DNA from: a bacterium BMS3Bbin03
GTDB lineage: Bacteria > Zhuqueibacterota > JdFR-76 > BMS3Abin05
Direction: 5' to 3'
DNA: 64,000 bases
Assembly (NCBI GenBank): GCA_002898015.1
Contig: BDTM01000128.1
Location: 2,781-66,780, forward strand
In this document: piece after piece, positions 58,538 to 64,000 of the stretch
Position numbering within the stretch: position 1 is the stretch's first letter
Layout of the letters: each line of letters begins with the position of its first letter
Made by a program: the position numbers and the translations under genes
The notes under the pieces: model-generated
Databases searched by the model: none
Told to the model about the DNA's origin: nothing
What the model saw: only the letters and a program-made list of their open reading frames with translations

Positions 58538-59860
58538 TCACAATGACTTAAAAATAGATCGGAGCACCGCAAAGCCCCGGTCGATTTCTTCCGGTTGAAT
58601 ATTTAACGGCGGCCGGAATCGAATAGACTTGCGGCCGCACTTCAGAATAATCAGCTTATTCTCAAAAGCCTTTTGAAAAATCTTATCCCGCATTTCGCTA
58701 TTGAGGACCGTAAATGCCGCAAAAAGTCCCTTTGCACGAATGTTGCCAATGAGTTCGGGAAATTCCTCTTCCAGATTGCGCATCTGCTCCAGAAAATAGT
58801 TTCCCGTGACGGCCGCATGTTCAACCAGATTCTCTTCCGCAATGATTTCAAAGTAACGCTGTGAACGCACCATATCCGTTAAATTTCCGCCCCATGTGGA
58901 ATTGATTCGGCTGGATTCTTTGAAGACATTATGTTCCACTTCATCGATTCGATGGGTCGCCAGCAGACCGCAGACCTGGGTCTTCTTTCCGAACGCCATA
59001 AGGTCCGGATGAACGCCGAAGTGCTCGTGAGCCCACATTTTCCCGGTAAGCCCAATGCCTGTTTGAACTTCGTCAAAAATTAACAGGATTTCATTCTCAT
59101 CAGCCAGGGTCCGCAATTCCTTAAAAAATTCCGCACGGAAATGATTATCGCCGCCCTCTCCCTGAATCGGCTCGATAATGATTGCCGCAATGTCGTCCGG
59201 GTTGTGCCGAATAGCCTCTTTAATCTGACGAACACTTTCATCCTCGGCCGCTTTGACTTCTTCCAGGCGTTCAAGCGTTAATGGAAATGTGAGTTTGGGG
59301 TTCAAAACCCGCGGCCAGTTAAACTTTGTGAAATACTGTGTCTTTCTCGGATCGGCAGTATTTGTCAAAGAAAGCGTGTACCCGGTTCGCCCGTGAAACG
59401 CCTCCTTAAAATGAATAATCTGGTGGCCTTTTTCCTCTTTGATTCCTTTTTCAAAGTTTTTCTGTACCTTCCAGTCAAAGGCGGTTTTCAGAGCATTTTC
59501 AACGGCCAGAGCGCCGCCTTCAATAAAGAATACGTATTTGAAATAATCCGGAACGGCGATTTCAAAAAAGGTTTCCACAAATTCCGCCATTTCGGTGGTG
59601 TAAAAATCCGAATTTGACGGTTTCTGAATCGACGCGCGCAAAAGCTTCTTTTTAAAATCCTCATCCATCATTTTCGGATGATTAAATCCGAGGGGATTTG
59701 TGGCAAAAAAACTAAAAAAATCCAGATATTCGGACCCGTCCCGGGCATCCTTTATATAGCGGCCATGACTTTTTTCCAGATCGATGACGATGTCGAATCC
59801 ATCGACCAACATGTGTTTGCGAAGTACGTCAAGTGCCTCACTGGGTTTGAGCTGTATCAT
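58538..59860 (-). CDS. lat: L-lysine 6-transaminase (class III aminotransferase)
   Basis: KPSNSD, GGALAVENALK, FHGRTGYTLSLT, EPIQGEGGD, FGKK, SRINSTWGG. Confidence 0.92.
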   Translation of the reverse strand: MIQLKPSEALDVLRKHMLVDGFDIVIDLEKSHGRYIKDARDGSEYLDFFSFFATNPLGFNHPKMMDEDFKKKLLRASIQKPSNSDFYTTEMAEFVETFFEIAVPDYFKYVFFIEGGALAVENALKTAFDWKVQKNFEKGIKEEKGHQIIHFKEAFHGRTGYTLSLTNTADPRKTQYFTKFNWPRVLNPKLTFPLTLERLEEVKAAEDESVRQIKEAIRHNPDDIAAIIIEPIQGEGGDNHFRAEFFKELRTLADENEILLIFDEVQTGIGLTGKMWAHEHFGVHPDLMAFGKKTQVCGLLATHRIDEVEHNVFKESSRINSTWGGNLTDMVRSQRYFEIIAEENLVEHAAVTGNYFLEQMRNLEEEFPELIGNIRAKGLFAAFTVLNSEMRDKIFQKAFENKLIILKCGRKSIRFRPPLNIQPEEIDRGFAVLRSIFKSL

Positions 59861-59901
59861 ATCCGCTCCTCTCTCTCCGTCTCTTTTGGTTACTCCTGAA
59901 T

Positions 59902-61389
59902 CTAACGGTTGTCAATTTGGGCCCGCTGTAATTTTCCGCTAAAATCGACGTACACCGTTTTGATCTCAGAGAAAAATTCAAACACCGTCCAACCGCCCTC
60001 CCGATGTCCGTTTCCTGTTTCTTTTACCCCGCCGAACGGCATGTGGCACTCGGCGCCAATGGTCGGGCCGTTGATGTACGTAATGCCGGCCTGAATGTCG
60101 CGAATCGCCCGGTAAGCGCGGTTCACATCCTGTGTGTAAATCGAAGACGACAGGCCGTAAATGACCCCATTGATGACCTGAACGGCTTCATCAAAATCTT
60201 TCACTTTGATGACGGAAAGCACGGGGCCGAAAATTTCCTCCCGGGCGATGCGCATATTGGGCGTTACACCGGAAAAAATAGTAGGCTTGTAGAAGAACCC
60301 CTTCTTCAAATCGCCCTCTTCTGCATATTCCCCGCCAACCAGAAGTGCGGCCCCCTCTTTTCTGCCAATCTCGACGTACCCATGGATTTTTTCCCGTGCG
60401 GGTGCGTTAATGACCGGCCCGACATCGACCGATTCATCCAATCCATTTCCCAGTTTTAGCCTGGAGACGCGTTCCGCAAGCATATCGAGAAATTTATCGT
60501 GAATTTTTTCGTGTAAAATTAAACGGCTGGTCGCCGTACAGCGTTGTCCGGTCGTTCCAAAGGCGCCCCACAAAACACCCTCCAATGCCAGGTGCAGGTT
60601 CGCATCATCCATCACGATTTGTGCATTCTTGCCGCCAAGTTCCAGAGAGATGCGTTTTAAATCCTTCCCCGCTTTTTGTGAAATGATTTTCCCCACCGCC
60701 GAGGAACCTGTAAAGGAAATAAGGTCGATGTCCGGATGTTCAACAATGGGAATGCCGACACTGTTTCCGGTTCCGTGGACAAGATTAATGGCCTGCGGCG
60801 GCACACCCGCTTCCAGGAAAATCTCAACCAATTTTGTGGCTGTTGCGGGTGTGTCACTGGCCGGTTTAAACACAACCGTATTTCCGGTTAACAGTGCGGG
60901 AAAAATCTTCCACGTCGGAATTGCCATCGGGAAATTCCAGGGTGAGATAACGCCGGCCACGCCGATAGGCATACGCATGGTCATGTTAAATTTGTTCATT
61001 AATTCTGAGGGCACCGTATGTCCGAAAAGACGCCGTCCCTCTCCGAAAGCGTAGTAAGCCGTGTCAATCCCTTCCTGCATATCGCCGCGGGTCTCTGCGA
61101 TTACTTTTCCCATTTCACGTGTCATTAACCGGGCGATCTCTTCCTTTCGCTCAACCATGATGTCGCCCGCTTTTTTCATGATTTCCCCCCGCTGCGGAGC
61201 AGGCACGAGCCGCCATTCGTTAAATGCTTTCCCGGCAGACTGTACGGCAAGATTAACATCTTCCGCCGCCGATCTGGGAAAAATGCCCACAATTTCATTC
61301 CAATTTGCGGGATTCCTGTTTTCGAAGGTTTCACCGGATTTGGAATTTACCCACTCTCCGTTAATAAAATTCTTATAAATTTCAGCCAT
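59902..61389 (-). CDS. Aldehyde dehydrogenase (probable aminoadipate-semialdehyde/P6C dehydrogenase by context)
   Basis: PWNFP, FTGS, ELGGKN, GQRCT, EEIFGP. Confidence 0.88.
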   Translation of the reverse strand: MAEIYKNFINGEWVNSKSGETFENRNPANWNEIVGIFPRSAAEDVNLAVQSAGKAFNEWRLVPAPQRGEIMKKAGDIMVERKEEIARLMTREMGKVIAETRGDMQEGIDTAYYAFGEGRRLFGHTVPSELMNKFNMTMRMPIGVAGVISPWNFPMAIPTWKIFPALLTGNTVVFKPASDTPATATKLVEIFLEAGVPPQAINLVHGTGNSVGIPIVEHPDIDLISFTGSSAVGKIISQKAGKDLKRISLELGGKNAQIVMDDANLHLALEGVLWGAFGTTGQRCTATSRLILHEKIHDKFLDMLAERVSRLKLGNGLDESVDVGPVINAPAREKIHGYVEIGRKEGAALLVGGEYAEEGDLKKGFFYKPTIFSGVTPNMRIAREEIFGPVLSVIKVKDFDEAVQVINGVIYGLSSSIYTQDVNRAYRAIRDIQAGITYINGPTIGAECHMPFGGVKETGNGHREGGWTVFEFFSEIKTVYVDFSGKLQRAQIDNR

Positions 61390-61460
61390 TCGCGCCTCCC
61401 TGACGATTATAATTATTTATAAAAGAAATTGCTTGCAATATCCTAATTTTAAACCTATTA

Positions 61461-61489
61461 ATGATAACAAAAAATCTGCAAAATGTCAA
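61461..61489 (-). promoter_or_regulatory. sigma70 promoter of the ALDH-lat-rsmI gene run
   Basis: TTGACA-17-TATCAT. Confidence 0.65.
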
Positions 61490-61518
61490 GTCAATTAAAT
61501 GCAGGTATTGGGTAAAAT

Positions 61519-61549
61519 AAAAAAGCCAACGAGGGACTCGTTGGCTTTT
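61519..61549. terminator. Intrinsic terminator
   Basis: AAAAAAGCCAACGAG-gga-CTCGTTGGCTTTT. Confidence 0.8.
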
Positions 61550-61592
61550 CGTGGTGGGTGGGAAATGATGTAATGATTCAAATCCCCTTGAT

Positions 61593-61955
61593 CTAATCCC
61601 CTAAAAAATGGTTCACAATTTGTCTTAAGGCGATTATTCCTTTTAAATAAGTTGTGCGGTTCATATTTTTGCTGCCATACTGCTCAAAAAAACTTTTCAG
61701 ATAGATTAAGTTTCCCTGAGTATTTTTCCGAAATAGCTTTTGCGTAATTTGAAGGGCTGTCTTCTGCATCTCTAATTCGGCAAACAAAGGAATTTCCGGT
61801 TGTTCCAAATTTTTCAGCGCACTAAATTTCAAATACGCCAACACAATTTTGTACACTGTGTCAACCCAGACAAGATTGTCCGGTACCTGAAAAGGGTAAT
61901 CTGCCAAACGACCGGTAACTCCCCGCTTTTCGAATGAACGCTCTGTTTCTTCCAT
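61593..61955 (-). CDS. Hypothetical helical protein, 120 aa
   Basis: ORF with SD (AGGA), a downstream terminator and an upstream sigma54-like promoter; no recognisable motif. Confidence 0.65.
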   Translation of the reverse strand: MEETERSFEKRGVTGRLADYPFQVPDNLVWVDTVYKIVLAYLKFSALKNLEQPEIPLFAELEMQKTALQITQKLFRKNTQGNLIYLKSFFEQYGSKNMNRTTYLKGIIALRQIVNHFLGD

Positions 61956-61998
61956 GATGGTATTCCTATATTAGTTGATATAGATTGCTAATTATATT

Positions 61999-62014
61999 TA
62001 CAAAATTTGTGCCA
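61999..62014 (-). promoter_or_regulatory. Candidate sigma54 promoter of the 120-aa gene
   Basis: TGGCAC-AAATT-TTGTA on the minus strand, about 45 nt upstream of the ATG. Confidence 0.55.
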
Positions 62015-62211
62015 TGGGGATAATGCCTTTATAAATCGACCTGTAACAACTTAAATAACAATTGGTAAGAGAAATTGTCGGAAGAAGAGGGAAAAGAGCA
62101 TTATAGAAAAAGTGCACTATATTTGCAACAGTACGCGCAAAATTGTCATAAAAAAGAGACACTTAAAAAGGAGGGTCTATCTGTGGTTTTCCGGTGAATC
62201 AAGGTGTTGTG

Positions 62212-63588
62212 CTAAATTTTGGCCAAATTGTAAATCTGAATTTTTTTGTAAAGATAGGTGCGGGCAATTTTCAAATCTTTTGCAGATTTTGCCACATTCC
62301 AATCATTTTTTTCCAAAATTTTTTGAATTAAATCTCTTTCGAATTCCTCTTTGGCTTCCTTTAATCCTCTGTTCAATTCCTGGCTTATTTGCACTTTTTC
62401 GCTCATTTTCGGCATTTTTGTCTTGCGTTCCCAAATCGACATAAGTTTGTCTTTGGAAATTTTCTGAGAGGAAGTCATGATGATCAGTTTTTCAATTAAA
62501 TTTTTCAATTCACGAACGTTTCCCGGCCACGAATACCGCATCAGCGAATGAATCGCTTCCGTTTCAAGGCTTTTCAAGGGAAGGGAATATTTACGGCAGA
62601 AATATCGGAAGAAATGGTTTACCAATATGGGGACATCGCTGATGCGTGCGCGCAGCGGGGGTACATGAATGGTGACAACGTTTAGCCTGTAATATAAATC
62701 CTCCCGAAATCTTCCCGCCCTCATTTCTTCAATTAGATTTTTATTTGTGGCCGTTATTATGCGGGTGTCCACATGGATCGCGTTTGTGCTGCCCACTTTC
62801 TGGAAAGTTCCGTCTTCAATTGCGTGGAGTACCTTTGCCTGTGTTTCGAGCGTCATATCGCCAATCTCATCCAAAAAAAGTGTCCCCCCATTAGCCCTCA
62901 TAAATTTTCCTTTTTGCTCATTTACCGCACCGGTGAAGGCCCCTTTTGTATGGCCGAACAATTCATTCTCGATGAGATTAGGCGGAATTGCGGCGCAATT
63001 GACTTCAATAAACGGGCCGCCCGCCCGCTCGCTTTTACGATGAATCGCACGGGCGATTAGTTCTTTCCCCGTTCCGTTTTCCCCGAGCACCAATATCCGG
63101 CTGTTGGTTTTTGCCACTAATTCAATGCTTTCCTTCAGGGTTTTTATTTCCTGACTCTCGCCGACAATTGTCTCCTGAATGTCTGCCCGCTTGCGAAGTT
63201 CGATGTTTTCGATAATTAATCGCTTTCGCTCGATGCAGTTTTTAACAGCGAGCGACAGCCTCGCGTTCGGAAACGGGTGAATTAAATAATCAAACGCACC
63301 CAGTTTCATAGCCGATATAATTTCTTCCGCGTTCTCATGGTCGGATATCATGATGACATCGACTGCAATCCCATTGTTTCGAATGCTTTTAAGAACGATT
63401 GTGCCATTCCCATTACTGACGTTAGTCGAAAGCAGAAGTATATCAACCTCTTTTTCGTGAAGAAAATCAATAATATCGTGCAGATCCGAATACGCATAAA
63501 CAACATAACCACGCTCTTCAAGATACCGCCTTAACTGTTTTTGAACCTTTTTGTCCGATTCGCCGATTAAGACTTTTTCCCCGGCCAT
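62212..63588 (-). CDS. NtrX/NtrC-like sigma54 activator with an atypical receiver domain
   Basis: GENGTGKE, GAFTGA, FLDEIGD, WPGNVREL, HTH; the receiver has Ser at the phospho-Asp position. Confidence 0.88.
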   Translation of the reverse strand: MAGEKVLIGESDKKVQKQLRRYLEERGYVVYAYSDLHDIIDFLHEKEVDILLLSTNVSNGNGTIVLKSIRNNGIAVDVIMISDHENAEEIISAMKLGAFDYLIHPFPNARLSLAVKNCIERKRLIIENIELRKRADIQETIVGESQEIKTLKESIELVAKTNSRILVLGENGTGKELIARAIHRKSERAGGPFIEVNCAAIPPNLIENELFGHTKGAFTGAVNEQKGKFMRANGGTLFLDEIGDMTLETQAKVLHAIEDGTFQKVGSTNAIHVDTRIITATNKNLIEEMRAGRFREDLYYRLNVVTIHVPPLRARISDVPILVNHFFRYFCRKYSLPLKSLETEAIHSLMRYSWPGNVRELKNLIEKLIIMTSSQKISKDKLMSIWERKTKMPKMSEKVQISQELNRGLKEAKEEFERDLIQKILEKNDWNVAKSAKDLKIARTYLYKKIQIYNLAKI

Positions 63589-63706
63589 TTTGATTTCCTT
63601 ATTTTACCATGTGCCGCGTTTTTGGCATTATCCGGCGTGCCAAAACCGCAAATGATGAACACAAATTCAGCCTGTACCAGTATCGTTAAATTGCAGCTTT
63701 GCTGCG

Positions 63707-64000
63707 CTATTTTATGCGTACAAATTCAATTCTTCTGTTTTCTGATCTTCCTCTTGCGGTGCGATTGCTTGCGATCGGATAGTCCTCCCCAAAGCCAATC
63801 GCGCGGATACGTTTCGCATCGATGCCCCGGTTGATTAAATATTGGCGGACGGCATCCGCTCTTTTCTGTGATAAGCGCAGATTAAACGCTCTCGAGCCAA
63901 TGCTGTCCGTGTAACCGCGAATCTCAACTTCTACTTCAGGATTTTGGGCTAACGATTCATAAACCGTATCCAAAACGGCGTAGGAATCGCTAAGCAAAGA
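63707..64000 (-). CDS. OmpA-family peptidoglycan-binding C-terminal domain protein (5' part outside the window)
   Basis: GYTDSIG..NLRLSQKRADAV, GFGEDYPIASN, NRRIEF. Confidence 0.9.
   Translation of the reverse strand, partial: SLLSDSYAVLDTVYESLAQNPEVEVEIRGYTDSIGSRAFNLRLSQKRADAVRQYLINRGIDAKRIRAIGFGEDYPIASNRTARGRSENRRIEFVRIK

Noticed and set aside
63616-63649. TGGCA-containing sequence as a sigma54 promoter
   Set aside because: It has no -12 element at the correct spacing and is part of an inverted repeat (TTTTGGCA...TGCCAAAA), more likely a terminator of the OmpA-family gene.

Overview
Chromosomal window from a Gram-negative bacterium, probably an FCB-superphylum anaerobe (KSB1/Calditrichota-like, inferred from gene families). 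I found no rRNA, tRNA, CRISPR array or intact mobile element. From left to right: a truncated P-loop ATPase; a cell-surface-signalling locus (TonB transducer, ECF sigma, FecR, second TonB receptor, Na+/solute symporter); trpB2 preceded by an unannotated Trp-rich leader peptide attenuator; a peptidoglycan amino-sugar recycling operon; a dinB-dnaE2 mutagenesis cassette with SOS-box-like sites; a complete siroheme-dependent (Ahb) heme operon; and housekeeping genes (nnr, acpS, lptD, rarA, ppdK, ctpA, tmk, ino1, panD, rsmI, lat-pcd). The most striking element is a candidate heme-homeostasis circuit. A sigma54 enhancer-binding protein (35685-37619) has, as its whole input region, a glutamyl-tRNA reductase (HemA) paralogue that has lost its catalytic motifs. 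It lies directly downstream of a HemX/CcsA-like membrane protein. It also sits just upstream of the heme operon, whose leader carries a -24/-12 promoter and two tandem palindromic enhancer sites. All homology calls are by-eye motif recognition; no searches were run.
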